Numbered from the stretch's first letter, positions 20,122-30,340 are shown. The stretch: DNA of 64,000 nucleotides from Mycobacteriales bacterium (GCA_046593925.1 JBKJQN010000055.1:21183-85182); one strand, 5' to 3'. Numbers and translations: made by a program. The notes: generated by a model from the letters alone, not told the origin.

Positions 20122-21933
20122 GTGGCGTCCCGGATCGAGGACTACGCGGTCATCGGTGACCTGCACACCGTGGCGCTGGTCGGTCGGGACGGCTCCATCG
20201 ACTGGCTCTGCCTCCCGCACTTCGACTCCCCCGCCTGCTTCGCGGCCCTGTTGGACACCCCCGACGCCGGGCGCTGGCTGCTCGCACCGGCCGGCGCCGG
20301 CGCGTGCACGACGCGCCGGTACCGCCCCGACACGCTGGTCCTCGAGACCGAGTGGGAGACCGCAGACGGGCGGGTGCGCGTCACCGACCTGATGCCGCCG
20401 CGCGGCGGGGCGGCCGATCTGGTCCGGATCGTGGAAGGGCTGAGCGGGGCCGTCCCGATGTTCGGCGAGCTGCGGCTGCGATTCGACTACGGCCAGGTCG
20501 TCCCCTGGATCCGGCGGCAAGCAGACGGGCTCACGGCGGTCGCCGGTCCGGACGCGGTGTACCTGCGGACGCCGGCGCCGCTGGAGGGACGGGACACCAC
20601 GACCGTGAGCGAGTTCACCGTACGGGCCGGTGAGCGGGTGCCGTTCGTGCTCACCTGGGCGCCCAGTGCTCAGGACCGGCCGCACCGGATCGACCCCGAC
20701 CGGGCCCTTGCCGAGACGACCGCCTACTGGACGGCCTGGTCCGGCCGCAGCCGGGTGCACGGCACCTACCGCGACGCCGTCCAGCGCTCCCTCATCACGC
20801 TGAAGGCGCTGACGTACGCGCCCACCGGCGGCATCGTCGCGGCAGCCACGACCTCGCTCCCCGAGCAGCTGGGGGGTCCGCGCAACTGGGACTACCGGTA
20901 CTGCTGGCTGCGCGACTCGACGCTCACGCTGCAGTCCCTGCTCGCCGCCGGCTACACCGCCGAGGCGGCGGCCTGGCGGGAGTGGCTGCTGCGGGCCGTC
21001 GCCGGTGACCCCGCCAAGCTGCAGATCATGTACGGGCTGGACGGCACCCGCCGACTCCCGGAGGCGACCTTGCCCTGGCTCGCCGGCTACGAGGGCTCGG
21101 CGCCGGTCCGCGTCGGCAACGCCGCCGCCGACCAGCTGCAGCTGGACGTGTGGGGCGAGGTGCTCGACGGTCTCTCGCTCACCCGCAACGCCTCGAGCGG
21201 CGGCGAGGACAACAGCTGGGACATCCAGGTCGCCCTCATGGAGCACCTCGAGGGGGTCTGGGACCAGCCCGACAACGGGCTGTGGGAGATGCGCGGTGAG
21301 CGGCAGCACTTCACCTACTCCAAGGTGATGGCCTGGGTCGCGGCCGACCGCATGGTCGGCGCGGTGCGCCGGTACGGGTTGCCGGGGCCCGAGGCCCGCT
21401 GGACCGCGCTGCGCGAGACCGTCCGCCGCGACGTGCTCGAGCACGGCTACGACGCCGACCGGGCGACCTTCACCCAGGCGTACGGCAGCCCTGACCTCGA
21501 CGCCAGCCTGCTGCTGATCGGGCGCGTCGGGTTCCTGGCCGCGGACGACCCGCGGATGCTCGGGACCGTCGACGCCGTGCAGCGCCACCTGACGCAGGAC
21601 GGCTTCGTGCTGCGCTACCGCACGGGCAGCGGCGACGACGGGCTGCCCGGAGGCGAAGGTGTCTTCCTCGCCTGCTCGTTCTGGCTGGTCGACGCCCTGC
21701 TGGGCGCCGGCCGTCAACGGGAGGCGACCGAGCTGTTCGAGCGGCTGCTCGCGCTGCGCAACGACGTCGGGCTGCTCAGCGAGGAGTGGGACCCGGTGGC
21801 CAAGCGACACCTGGGCAACACCCCGCAAGCCTTCAGCCACTTCCCGCTGGTCATGAGCGGCCTGCAACTGCACGTCGGTCGCAGCCAGCGCAGCGACAGC
21901 CCACCCGACCACCTGGTCCGTCCGAGCAGCTGA
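20122..21933 (+). CDS. Glycoside hydrolase family 15 (trehalase/glucoamylase-like)
   Basis: IEDYAVIGD, AAATTSLPE, RNWDYRYCWLRD, GLWEMRG, GLLSEE, GNTPQAFSH. Confidence 0.95.
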   Translation: MASRIEDYAVIGDLHTVALVGRDGSIDWLCLPHFDSPACFAALLDTPDAGRWLLAPAGAGACTTRRYRPDTLVLETEWETADGRVRVTDLMPPRGGAADLVRIVEGLSGAVPMFGELRLRFDYGQVVPWIRRQADGLTAVAGPDAVYLRTPAPLEGRDTTTVSEFTVRAGERVPFVLTWAPSAQDRPHRIDPDRALAETTAYWTAWSGRSRVHGTYRDAVQRSLITLKALTYAPTGGIVAAATTSLPEQLGGPRNWDYRYCWLRDSTLTLQSLLAAGYTAEAAAWREWLLRAVAGDPAKLQIMYGLDGTRRLPEATLPWLAGYEGSAPVRVGNAAADQLQLDVWGEVLDGLSLTRNASSGGEDNSWDIQVALMEHLEGVWDQPDNGLWEMRGERQHFTYSKVMAWVAADRMVGAVRRYGLPGPEARWTALRETVRRDVLEHGYDADRATFTQAYGSPDLDASLLLIGRVGFLAADDPRMLGTVDAVQRHLTQDGFVLRYRTGSGDDGLPGGEGVFLACSFWLVDALLGAGRQREATELFERLLALRNDVGLLSEEWDPVAKRHLGNTPQAFSHFPLVMSGLQLHVGRSQRSDSPPDHLVRPSS

Positions 21934-22000
21934 CGATCGAGACGCCCCGACACACCGGAGCCCGCTGGGACGGGCGGGGGCGGCCCGAACACCAGCCACC

Positions 22001-22190
22001 GTGGCGACGGATGCGTGCGTAACCGCGGACGACGAAATCCGGTACCGGCTCGGCGAGGGTCCGTGTGTCAGCGCCTTCGCACAGGGCCGTACCTCACCTC
22101 CGGCAATCTGGGTGGCGGGCCGCAGCCAGGCCGAACGGTTCGTCGTGCAGTTGCAGCAGGCCCTGACCAGCCGGGCGGAGATCGACCGGC
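22001..22190 (+). pseudogene. GAF/ANTAR regulator fragment
   Basis: DEIRYRLGEGPCVSAF (GAF) joined to QLQQALTSRAEIDR (start of ANTAR). Confidence 0.55.
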
Positions 22191-22210
22191 CTGCGCCTAC
22201 GCAACGTCGC

Positions 22211-23284
22211 TCAGGCGCAGCGGAACACGTGTCGGCGGCCTTCCTGGTGGGCCGCGTCCTGCACGGCGAGCATGTCCCGCACGACGTCGAGGGCGGTGTG
22301 CAGCGGGAGTGGGTCGTCGGCCACGCGCATGGACGGGTCGGTGACGGCGACCGGGTGCCACCAGACGCCGTCGGCGGTCAGGGTGGGCTCCGGGGCCAGC
22401 GTGTCCAGCCCGACGCTCTGGCCCTGCTCGGCGAACCCCTGCGCCGCAACCGGCCGGACGAGCCGGTGCTCGGGTGCGATGTCGAGCCGATCGAGCAGGT
22501 CGTGCAGGGCTCGAGCCGTGCCGGCGGCGTCGTCGTCATACAGGGTGGCCGCGATCTTCACCGTAAAGCCCAGCTGCCGGGCGAGCGCGACACCTCTTAG
22601 GGCCCGGGCGTGGCTGCCGTCGCCGCGCTGGCCGTCGTGCAGTGCGGGTTCGGCCGAGTCCAGGCTGACCTGCAGGGTCACCCGGGTGCGGTCCATCAGC
22701 TCGAGCGCTTCGCGCCGGCGGCCTCGGTCCAGCACCATCGCGTTCGTCAGCAGGGTGACCGGCAGGTGCTGTACGACCGCCCCGACCAGCCCGCCGATCT
22801 CGGGGTGCAGGAACGGCTCCCCGCCGGTGATCATGATCTCTCGGCCACCCAGGGCTGTGAACTCGGCGGCGGCCCGTTCGGCCAGCTGCACTCCCATGAG
22901 CCGCGGATCGGCCTTCGGCGAGGACTCCGCGCAGCAGTAGCTGCAGGACAGGTTGCAGTGGAAGTTGGTGTAGAGCCAGAGACGCTCCCCGACCGGTGTC
23001 TCCGGCCCGTCGGTGAAGACGGAGACGGCTGTGCCGCCGCGGACGACGCTCACCCGCCAGGACCGCGGCCCGACCTTCTCGCTGGCCGCGATGCTGTGCC
23101 CGGCGAGGCGGGCCCAATCCACCAGGTCCGGCGGGACCGACGGCTCGCCGGTGTGCACGAGCAGCACCTGGCCCACCTCGATCCGGCGGATGCTCCGGGT
23201 CAGCAGGAGCAGCAGGCCGCTGCCGCAGTCCATGTCACCGCCGTGCAGCTCTGCGGTCGGGGCTGCGGGTGCCGAGGGGGCCAC
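22211..23284 (-). CDS. TusA-like domain fused to a radical SAM domain (Rv1681/MoeX-like)
   Basis: N-terminal GGDMDCGSGLLL...DWARLAGH; CxxxCxxC in YTNFHCNLSCSYCC; TGGEP, LTN, VSLDS; ends in HVFRCA; no SPASM cysteines. Confidence 0.85.
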   Translation of the reverse strand: MAPSAPAAPTAELHGGDMDCGSGLLLLLTRSIRRIEVGQVLLVHTGEPSVPPDLVDWARLAGHSIAASEKVGPRSWRVSVVRGGTAVSVFTDGPETPVGERLWLYTNFHCNLSCSYCCAESSPKADPRLMGVQLAERAAAEFTALGGREIMITGGEPFLHPEIGGLVGAVVQHLPVTLLTNAMVLDRGRRREALELMDRTRVTLQVSLDSAEPALHDGQRGDGSHARALRGVALARQLGFTVKIAATLYDDDAAGTARALHDLLDRLDIAPEHRLVRPVAAQGFAEQGQSVGLDTLAPEPTLTADGVWWHPVAVTDPSMRVADDPLPLHTALDVVRDMLAVQDAAHQEGRRHVFRCA

Positions 23285-23287
23285 GGG

Positions 23288-23647
23288 TCAGTACGAGATG
23301 CTGTGGGCGCCATCGGCCAGCAGCGCCACGACGGCGGCGCCGCCCGCGACGATCGCGCCGTCGATCAAGTCGTCCTCGGTGATCCCGCGCTTCTTGGCGC
23401 ACGGGCTGCAGACGATGAGCCTGCCCCCCGCCTCGACGAACCCCGCGACCAGGTCGGCGAGCGGCGCGAAACCCTCCTCGTGGATCTTCTCGGCCTCGCC
23501 GCGCTTGCCGATCCACGCCCCGTCGGCGGACAGGAACACGGTCGTGTCCTGCCCGGAGGCGGCGGAGGCTCCGGCGACGACCATGGCCACGGTCGCGCGG
23601 TCGGTGTTGTCGTGGCTGCTTGCGAGCGATACCAGGATGCTGCTCAT
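23288..23647 (-). CDS. DsrE/DsrF-family protein
   Basis: DRATVAMVVA...VFLSADG...GGRLIVCSPCAKKRGI; GAGGAGG RBS. Confidence 0.88.
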   Translation of the reverse strand: MSSILVSLASSHDNTDRATVAMVVAGASAASGQDTTVFLSADGAWIGKRGEAEKIHEEGFAPLADLVAGFVEAGGRLIVCSPCAKKRGITEDDLIDGAIVAGGAAVVALLADGAHSISY

Positions 23648-23656
23648 CGTCCCTCC

Positions 23657-23938
23657 TCAGGACTCGGTGCGGCGCCAGGGGCGTTCGGGGCGAACAGAGC
23701 GGGGGCGGTCGGCGAGCTCCACCAGGTAGGTGTCGCTCCGCGAGGGTCCGAGGTAGCGGTGGCCGGTGAGGTGGCACCAGGCGGGCAGGTCGATCCCCGC
23801 GGCCGCGTCGGAGGTGGTGACGGCAACGATCGTACCGGCCGGCTCGTCCCGCAACCGGCGGTGCAACAGGACCAGCAGCTCCCCGCAGCCGAGGTCGCCG
23901 CCGTCGACATGGACGGTCGGCTCGTCCTGGGTTTGCAT
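23657..23938 (-). CDS. TusA/SirA-family sulfur-carrier protein
   Basis: DGGDLGCGELL...TTSDAAAGIDLPAWCHLTGHRYLG. Confidence 0.85.
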   Translation of the reverse strand: MQTQDEPTVHVDGGDLGCGELLVLLHRRLRDEPAGTIVAVTTSDAAAGIDLPAWCHLTGHRYLGPSRSDTYLVELADRPRSVRPERPWRRTES

Positions 23939-23939
23939 G

Positions 23940-24521
23940 TCAGAAGGGCCAGCCGCCGCGAGCAGGACCTCGGCCTGAGCGGACCGCGGCCCAGGCGTCC
24001 ATCCCCCAGACCCGCCCGGCAGGCACGATCGACAGGATGATCAGCGGGACGTACTCGTGCGGCTGCTCGAACAACCACCTGTCGCTGCTGGCGTACACCA
24101 GCGCGAGGAACAGGTGCTGTCCGAGGGCGACCAGAGCCGCGGCCCGGGTGAGGAGCCCGAGCACGAGCAGCAGACCGGTCACCACCTCGGTGACGGTCAG
24201 CGCCCACCCGATCAGGCCCCAGTGGTCCAGCATCAGCTGGGAGATGGTGCGTACCAGCGGGAGGCGGGTGCCCGTGCTGCTGTTCGCCGGGTTCTTGAAG
24301 ACCTCGAAGTCCAGGATGAAGCGTGCGTCATCGCGGTTGATGAGGTTGCCGAGATAGGGGCCGAGCTGGACCCGGTGCCAGCCGAACACCTTGGCGAGCC
24401 CGTTCAGCAGGGCGATCAGGCCGATGAAGATGCGCAGGGCGGCCAGGCCCCGCGCCAGCACCCGCACGTCGAGGCCCGGGGGGTCGACGCCCGAGGCAGC
24501 GCCGGAAGGGTCAACACGCAC
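23940..24521 (-). CDS. DoxX/DoxD (TQO small subunit-like, Rv1678-like) membrane protein
   Basis: LAALRIFIGLI.L.NGLAK...EVVTGLLLVLGLLTR...WLFE...GRVWGMD; stop 1 nt before the TusA start; start uncertain. Confidence 0.8.
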   Translation of the reverse strand: MRVDPSGAASGVDPPGLDVRVLARGLAALRIFIGLIALLNGLAKVFGWHRVQLGPYLGNLINRDDARFILDFEVFKNPANSSTGTRLPLVRTISQLMLDHWGLIGWALTVTEVVTGLLLVLGLLTRAAALVALGQHLFLALVYASSDRWLFEQPHEYVPLIILSIVPAGRVWGMDAWAAVRSGRGPARGGWPF

Positions 24522-24649
24522 GGCAGCGTCCCACGGGTTCCGAGCGGCATCGTGGTCGACGTCGCGATGATGCAACCGTACTCGAGAAGCTTGCCCCCAC
24601 CCGGACGAGGGTGCGTCACCCTGTGGCGAAGCGAGGAACCCAGGCGACC

Positions 24650-25031
24650 GCAGGGCATACGGCGGACAGCTTGACCTGATCACCACCGAGGAAGCCACGG
24701 TGATCTCTGACTGCTACCGCCGCGTCGCCGGGCACGGCCGCAGCCAGCTCGCGTAGATGCTCGCGGGCACGGCGCCGGGATCCGCTCCGGCCGGCGATGG
24801 CCACGTCGACTGGCTCGGGGCGGACGGCTACAACCCGGCCATACCGCCTGGCCCTATGCGCGGCCGTACGGCCAGGCCACTTGAGGTCTGAAGCCACGAA
24901 CGTGCCTGTCGGCCGGGCCGTCGGGCACCCACAGCAGGTGCTTGCAGGGCGTAGGTCACCGCGTTCAGGGCGATCGCTCCGGCAACGCCCGCAAGAATGC
25001 CGCGCGTCAGTCCGGTGAGCAGGCGACCCAT
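24650..25031 (-). pseudogene. Decayed actinobacterial membrane protein (G..AG..G..ALNAVTY type)
   Basis: MGRLLTGLTRGILAGVAGAIALNAVTY, followed by loss of frame. Confidence 0.4.
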
Positions 25032-25156
25032 CCGGCCAGCCAGCTGACCCGTTCTTAAGGCCACTCCGTCCCCTAGGTCCCGGAGCCGCGCGTCATCCCA
25101 GGACGCAGGAGGGCATTTGAGCACCACGCCCCGATGGGAAGCTGCCCGCGACATCC

Positions 25157-25370
25157 GTGCGACGGCTGAAGCCGGGGGACCAGTTCCCCGACCTGGTCCT
25201 GCCCGAGGTCAATGACGGCTTCCGGGCAGGTCTGGACGCCCGCCGGCCGTTCCGGTCCGACCCCGACCGCACCGCCCGGCATCTGCTGGGTCTGCGGGAG
25301 ACCACCGACACGGTCCACGACCCGTACCTGCTGACCGTCTGGTGGCTCGGCCCCGACCTCACCAGCCCAC
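25157..25370 (+). pseudogene. Redoxin/peroxiredoxin-like protein with internal deletion
   Basis: LKPGDQFPDLVLP joined directly to PEVNDGFRAGLDAR...SD...LGLRETTDTVHDPY; the active-site segment is missing. Confidence 0.6.
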
Positions 25371-26215
25371 CTGAGCCTGCTGTGGCCCGACCGGGACGCG
25401 CAGCCGCTGTTCTACGACCCCGCAGTCGTGCACGCCCGGCGCATCCAGTGGAAGAGCCGGGCAGACCGGCAGGACCATCTTGCCCCGGCCCGACGACAAC
25501 CCAACCGAGATCCACTAGCCGAGCCGAAACAACATCGGGAACGGCGCGGTGCATCCGGGCCTCAGACGTTCCGGCACCACTGAGCATGTGACGGCACGCA
25601 GGGCAGCTGACGTCACGCGCCCGGCGCCACGTCTGCGGCTGGCCCCCTGCCGTGCCCACTCGCCGTTTCACGTCGCGATGGCATGATCATGATCATGACG
25701 GACTCACCCCATCTCCTGGCGCGACGGCCGAGCACGAGCAACCCCCGCCGAGCTCGGGGAGTCCTGGCTGCCCGGAACCTGCGGCGCGAGCAGACGGACC
25801 CGCTGAGCAGGGCGGCCGGGAGCGCCCCCACTCTGGCTTGCGAGCGCTCCGGCCGTGCAGGCCGACATCGGGCTGGACCTCGACGCCGGTGTCTTCGATG
25901 CCGGGGTGCAGCTGGCGGACGCTGGACGCGTTCCTGGCAGGCGGCGTCGTGCGGCGGCTGCACGGCGACGCCCACGACAACGTCGGCAAGGGCCTGTCCG
26001 GCGGCCGGCTCGTGGAACGCCCTGACCTCGACGACCGCATCGTGCTCCACCTGCAAAGCGCCGGCGACCCAGTTGCGCCGTGTGCGCATGCCAGCCGGCA
26101 GCTCGCCGTGGCAGGAGAGGTCTTCGGGATCGCGGGCCAGTAGGGCCAGCAGCTCCCGGTCGGGGGGCAGCGGCCGGGCCAGATACTCCGGCGCCACCTC
26201 CTCGCCGTCCGGCCC

Positions 26216-27958
26216 ATGCAGGACGCCCGCCTCCAGGGTGCGACCGCCGAGGGGACGGCTGCGGTGGGGCTGACCGACCTGGACATCGCCAGGGGTGCGC
26301 GGCTGCGCCCGCTCGACGCGGTCGCCGGCGAGATGGGTATCGGACCGCATCTGCTCGAGCCGTACGGCACCGGGGTCGCCAAGATCGGGCTGCAGGCGGT
26401 CGCGGAGCTGCAGGACCGGCCGCTCGCGAAGTACGTCGTGGTCACCGCGGTCACCCCGACGCCTCTTGGCGAGGGCAAGACCGTGACCACGGTCGGGCTC
26501 GGCCAGGCCTTCAGGCACCTGGCGAAGCGCTGCACCATCGCGCTGCGGCAGCCCTCGCTCGGCCCGACCTTCGGCATCAAGGGCGGCGCTGCCGGCGGCG
26601 GCCGCAGCCAGGTCGTGCCGATGGAACCCCTCAACCTGCACCTGACCGGCGACGCCCACGCCGTCACCTCGGCCCACAACCTGCTGTCGGCGATGCTGGA
26701 CAACTCGCTGTACCAGGGCAACCCGACCGGGCTGTCGCAGCACGACATCACCTGGCGCCGGGTGCTCGACGTCAACGACCGGGCGCTGCGCAACATCGTC
26801 GTCGGGCTCGGCTCACGGCTGGACGGCGTACCGCGCCAGACCGGCTTCGACATCACCGCGGCCAGCGAGGTGATGGCCGTGCTGGCGCTGGCGACCTCGC
26901 TGGCCGACCTGAGGCAGCGCCTCGGTCGGATCGTCGTCGGTTACACCCGGCAGGGCGAGCCGGTCACCGCCGACCATCTCAAGGCGGGCGGCGCCATGAC
27001 GGTGCTGCTGAAGGAGGCGCTCAAGCCCAACCTGCTGCAGACCCTGGAGGGGACGCCGGTCCTGGTCCACACCGGGCCGTTCGGCAACATCGCGCACGGC
27101 AACAGCTCGGTCGTCGGCGACCTGATCGGCATCCGCGGCGGCGACTATCTCGTCACTGAGGCCGGCTTCGGGGCCGACATCGGCGCGGAGAAGTTCTTCA
27201 ATATCAAGTGCCGGGCGTCGGGGCTTTTCCCGGACGCCGCGGTCCTGGTCACCACCGTGCGGGCGATGAAGTCGCACTCCGGTCGGCACCGCGTCGTGGC
27301 CGGGCGCCCGCTGCCGCCGGACCTGCTGCTCGAGCGGCCGGACGAGGTCCACGAGGGTGCGGCCAACCTGCGCAAGCAGATCGAGAACATCCGGCTGCAC
27401 GGCGTCACGCCGGTCATCGCCGTCAACGCCTTCCCGGGCGACTGGTCGTCGGAGCACCAGGCGGTGTGCGACATCGCCGCCGACCTGGGCGTGCGCATCG
27501 CGGTGGGCCACCACCACGCGCAGGGCGGCGAGGGGGCCGTGCACCTGGCCGAAGCCGTCGCCGAGGCATGCGAGGAGCCGTCGACCTTTGCTTTCCTGTA
27601 CCCCGACACCGCCTCGCTGCGGGACAAGATTGAGGTCCTGGCGACCAAGGTGTACGGCGCCGACGGCGTCGACTACGCGCCGGCCGCCGCCCGGCAGCTC
27701 GACGTCTACGAGGCGAACGGGTACGGCGACCTGCCGGTGTGCGTGGCCAAGACGCACCTGTCCATCTCCTCCGATCCCACCCTGCTCGGGGCACCGACGG
27801 GGTGGCGCCTGCCGGTCGGCGAGGTGCGGGCCAACATCGGCGCGGGTTTCGTCTATCCGATCTGCGGCGCGATGGCCACCATGCCCGGGCTCGGCACGTC
27901 AGCGGCCGCCGAGCGCATCGACATCGACGCCGACGGCAATACGGTCGGGCTGTCCTGA
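26216..27958 (+). CDS. fhs: Formate--tetrahydrofolate ligase
   Basis: TPTPLGEGKTVT, GPTFGIKGGAAGGG, NLHLTGD, HTGPFGNIAHG, TEAGFGAD, CVAKT, TMPGL. Confidence 0.97.
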   Translation: MQDARLQGATAEGTAAVGLTDLDIARGARLRPLDAVAGEMGIGPHLLEPYGTGVAKIGLQAVAELQDRPLAKYVVVTAVTPTPLGEGKTVTTVGLGQAFRHLAKRCTIALRQPSLGPTFGIKGGAAGGGRSQVVPMEPLNLHLTGDAHAVTSAHNLLSAMLDNSLYQGNPTGLSQHDITWRRVLDVNDRALRNIVVGLGSRLDGVPRQTGFDITAASEVMAVLALATSLADLRQRLGRIVVGYTRQGEPVTADHLKAGGAMTVLLKEALKPNLLQTLEGTPVLVHTGPFGNIAHGNSSVVGDLIGIRGGDYLVTEAGFGADIGAEKFFNIKCRASGLFPDAAVLVTTVRAMKSHSGRHRVVAGRPLPPDLLLERPDEVHEGAANLRKQIENIRLHGVTPVIAVNAFPGDWSSEHQAVCDIAADLGVRIAVGHHHAQGGEGAVHLAEAVAEACEEPSTFAFLYPDTASLRDKIEVLATKVYGADGVDYAPAAARQLDVYEANGYGDLPVCVAKTHLSISSDPTLLGAPTGWRLPVGEVRANIGAGFVYPICGAMATMPGLGTSAAAERIDIDADGNTVGLS

Positions 27959-28100
27959 TGCAGCCCTGTCCTCGAGGTGCGGGTCCCTGCACCACCTGGA
28001 GGACGCCGGCGGACGCTACGGCCAGCAGGCGATGTGCGAGGCCGGGGGCACGGCGACCGTCTGCCGTCGCGTCGTGCACGGGCCCGGTCTGCCTCGGCCG

Positions 28101-29333
28101 TCATGCGCGAACCAGGTCCGTGGCTGGGGCCGCCACGCCGCGGTCGAACAGGTCCCCGATCTGCCCGGGGCTGAGCCCGAGGACCTCAGTCAGGACCTGC
28201 TCCGTGTGCTGCCCGAGGATGGGGGCGGGTGCGACCGCGACGTTGGCGTCCTCGCCGACGTCGAGCGGAGAGCGTGGCGCGAGGTAGGCGCCGATCCCGG
28301 GTTGGTGCACCTGCGAGAACATGGGGTTCGCCTCGGAGCAGCGCGGGTCTTCAGCGATGAGCTGCCGGAAGGTCTGGTAGGGCCCCCAGGAGACGCCCGT
28401 CCCGGTGAAGGCGGAGCGCACTTCGCTGAGCTCCCGCGCGGCGAACCAGGGTTTGAGGATCGCGGCGAGGATCTCGCGCGCCTCGTAGCGGCCCGACTCC
28501 GTCTCGAGGTCGTGCCCGGTGGCCTGCTGGATGGCGTCGCAGGCGTCGCGGATGCCGGTGACGTCGACGAGGGACCGCCACTGGCGCGCGGTCAGGGCGA
28601 TCACCATGACGCGCCGGCCGTCGCGCGTGGCGAAGTCGCTGCCGAAGGCGCCGTAGAGGTAGTTGCCGTCCTTGGCCTGGTCCTGGCCGTTGAGCTGGGC
28701 TTCGGCGATGCGGCCGAGGTTGCCCACCATCGCGAAAGCGACGTCGGACAGCGACAGGCGCACGAGCCTCCCCTGCCCGGTCAGCGTTCGCTGGCGCTCG
28801 GCCGCGAGCAGCCCGACGGCCGACAGTGTGCCCATCGCGAGGTCCCAGGCGGGGAGCATGCTGTTCAGCGGACCCGAGGTGTCCCGGGGGCCGGTCGCCC
28901 ACGGGAACCCGGTGGCCGGGTTGACCGTGTAGTCGACCTCGCTGCTGCCGTCGGGGTTGCCGGTGAGGGCCACCATGACCAGGTCTGCACGCGCGGCCCG
29001 CAGACGGTCGTAGGACAGCCAGCCGCGAGCCGGGAAGTTGGTGAGAAACAGGCCGGCCCCGGGACCGGGCGCGGTGATCAGGGCTTGCGCGAGCTCCTGG
29101 CCCTCCGGGGTGCGCAGGTCCAGCTGCACTGAGCGCTTGCCCTTGTTGAGCCCGGCCCAGAACAGGCTTCTGCTGTCCGACGACAGCGGCCAGCGGCCGT
29201 GGTCGAGGCCACCCCCCACCTGGTCGAAGCGGATGACGTCTGCTCCCAGTTGGGCGAGCGTCATGCCTCCGAGCGGGGCGGCCACGAAGGCCGAGCCCTC
29301 CACGAGTCGCAGGCCGGACAGCAGGCCGCTCAC
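28101..29333 (-). CDS. mct: Family III CoA transferase, mesaconyl-CoA C1-C4 transferase (2-methylfumaryl-CoA isomerase) type
   Basis: VEGSAFVAAPLGGMTLAQLGADVIRFD..GGGLD..RWP...SLFWAGLNKGKRS and EVDYTVN match the Mct subfamily as I recall it. Confidence 0.8.
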   Translation of the reverse strand: MSGLLSGLRLVEGSAFVAAPLGGMTLAQLGADVIRFDQVGGGLDHGRWPLSSDSRSLFWAGLNKGKRSVQLDLRTPEGQELAQALITAPGPGAGLFLTNFPARGWLSYDRLRAARADLVMVALTGNPDGSSEVDYTVNPATGFPWATGPRDTSGPLNSMLPAWDLAMGTLSAVGLLAAERQRTLTGQGRLVRLSLSDVAFAMVGNLGRIAEAQLNGQDQAKDGNYLYGAFGSDFATRDGRRVMVIALTARQWRSLVDVTGIRDACDAIQQATGHDLETESGRYEAREILAAILKPWFAARELSEVRSAFTGTGVSWGPYQTFRQLIAEDPRCSEANPMFSQVHQPGIGAYLAPRSPLDVGEDANVAVAPAPILGQHTEQVLTEVLGLSPGQIGDLFDRGVAAPATDLVRA

Positions 29334-30340
29334 GCGGTCACGCAGACCAGACGCCAGTCGAGGACGGCCCGTGAGCCGCTCTCGTCCCGGCTGTCGACGA
29401 ACACGCGGAATCCGGTGAGGGAGCCCCCTCCGGGATGCGGATCGACAGACTCGATCTCGACAGAGCTGGTCAAGACGTCTCCTTCGTGTACGGGTGCCAG
29501 GTGGTCGCAGGAGCGCCAGCCGGCGATGGTCACGATGTTCGGGACAGCGCGCACCAGGTGCGAGGAGGCGACCCCGATGGTGTGGCCGCCGTAGACCAGT
29601 CGGCGCCCGCCGGCGGAGCGAGCGTCGTGGTGCGCTGTCGCCAGGTTGAGTGTGAGGCGCGCGAGCTCGGGCGCCGAGCTCACGACGTCTCCGCCGGTCA
29701 CCTGCCACCTGGCGCCGGCCTCGAGGTCCTCGCTGTGGGGTCCTGGCACCTGCGCCCGGTAGGCCACGAGGTCGATCTCGCCGAGCACCGCGCCGTAGTC
29801 CGGGACGTCGTGACCCACGGCCGTGACGTCGTCGCTGTGGCCAGTCCGGGCATCGGCGTCGCGGAGGGGGAGCATCGCGCAGCGGTGGAAGTCGAGGATC
29901 CGCCGCCCCTCCTGGTCGAGTGCCTGCACACGCAGGACGGCCAGCCCGCTCGCCGGTCGGCCGTGGCGCGGCGAGTTCTGCTTGAGCGCCACGACCTCGG
30001 TACGGGTGCGCAGCGTGTCCCCGATGCGCGGCAGCTGGTGCAGCACGAGCCCCCGGTAGAAGAGGTTCGCGATCACCCGCTGCGTGACGAGCGTTGACTG
30101 GCCGATGGCTACATCGCAGACCAGGCCCGGGTGGACCACGGGCCGGGGGTCGCCCCTCAGGACGGCGGCGCTCAAGTGGTGGTCCAGAGGCAGACGAAGC
30201 CGGTCCGCGAGCGCGCTCTGGTGGCAGGCGGCGAGGCCGTCGGTGAACGTGAGGCCGGGCGCGTCGTCGAAGCTCCGCCCCACCTCGAGGTCCTCGAACC
30301 AGGGTCCGGCGACCTCGCGGACCATCCTGACGACGTTCAT
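29330..30340 (-). CDS. Double-hotdog MaoC-family hydratase (Mch-like)
   Basis: GPWFEDLEVG, ANLFYRG...GDTLRTRTEV, second repeat LVYGGH...HLAPVHEGD; overlapping start and stop codons on both sides. Confidence 0.8.
   Translation of the reverse strand: MNVVRMVREVAGPWFEDLEVGRSFDDAPGLTFTDGLAACHQSALADRLRLPLDHHLSAAVLRGDPRPVVHPGLVCDVAIGQSTLVTQRVIANLFYRGLVLHQLPRIGDTLRTRTEVVALKQNSPRHGRPASGLAVLRVQALDQEGRRILDFHRCAMLPLRDADARTGHSDDVTAVGHDVPDYGAVLGEIDLVAYRAQVPGPHSEDLEAGARWQVTGGDVVSSAPELARLTLNLATAHHDARSAGGRRLVYGGHTIGVASSHLVRAVPNIVTIAGWRSCDHLAPVHEGDVLTSSVEIESVDPHPGGGSLTGFRVFVDSRDESGSRAVLDWRLVCVTA

Noticed and set aside
19070-21933. Glucose dehydrogenase plus GH15 pair as a novel system
   Set aside because: A common actinobacterial gene pair with ordinary motifs.
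22211-24521. Selenocysteine read-through in the sulfur-relay operon
   Set aside because: The TGA codons fall at natural gene ends followed immediately by the next start; active-site positions are Cys codons.
25680-26150. CATGAT repeats and short ORFs upstream of fhs; possible riboswitch
   Set aside because: No recognisable THF or ZTP riboswitch core and no protein motif by eye.
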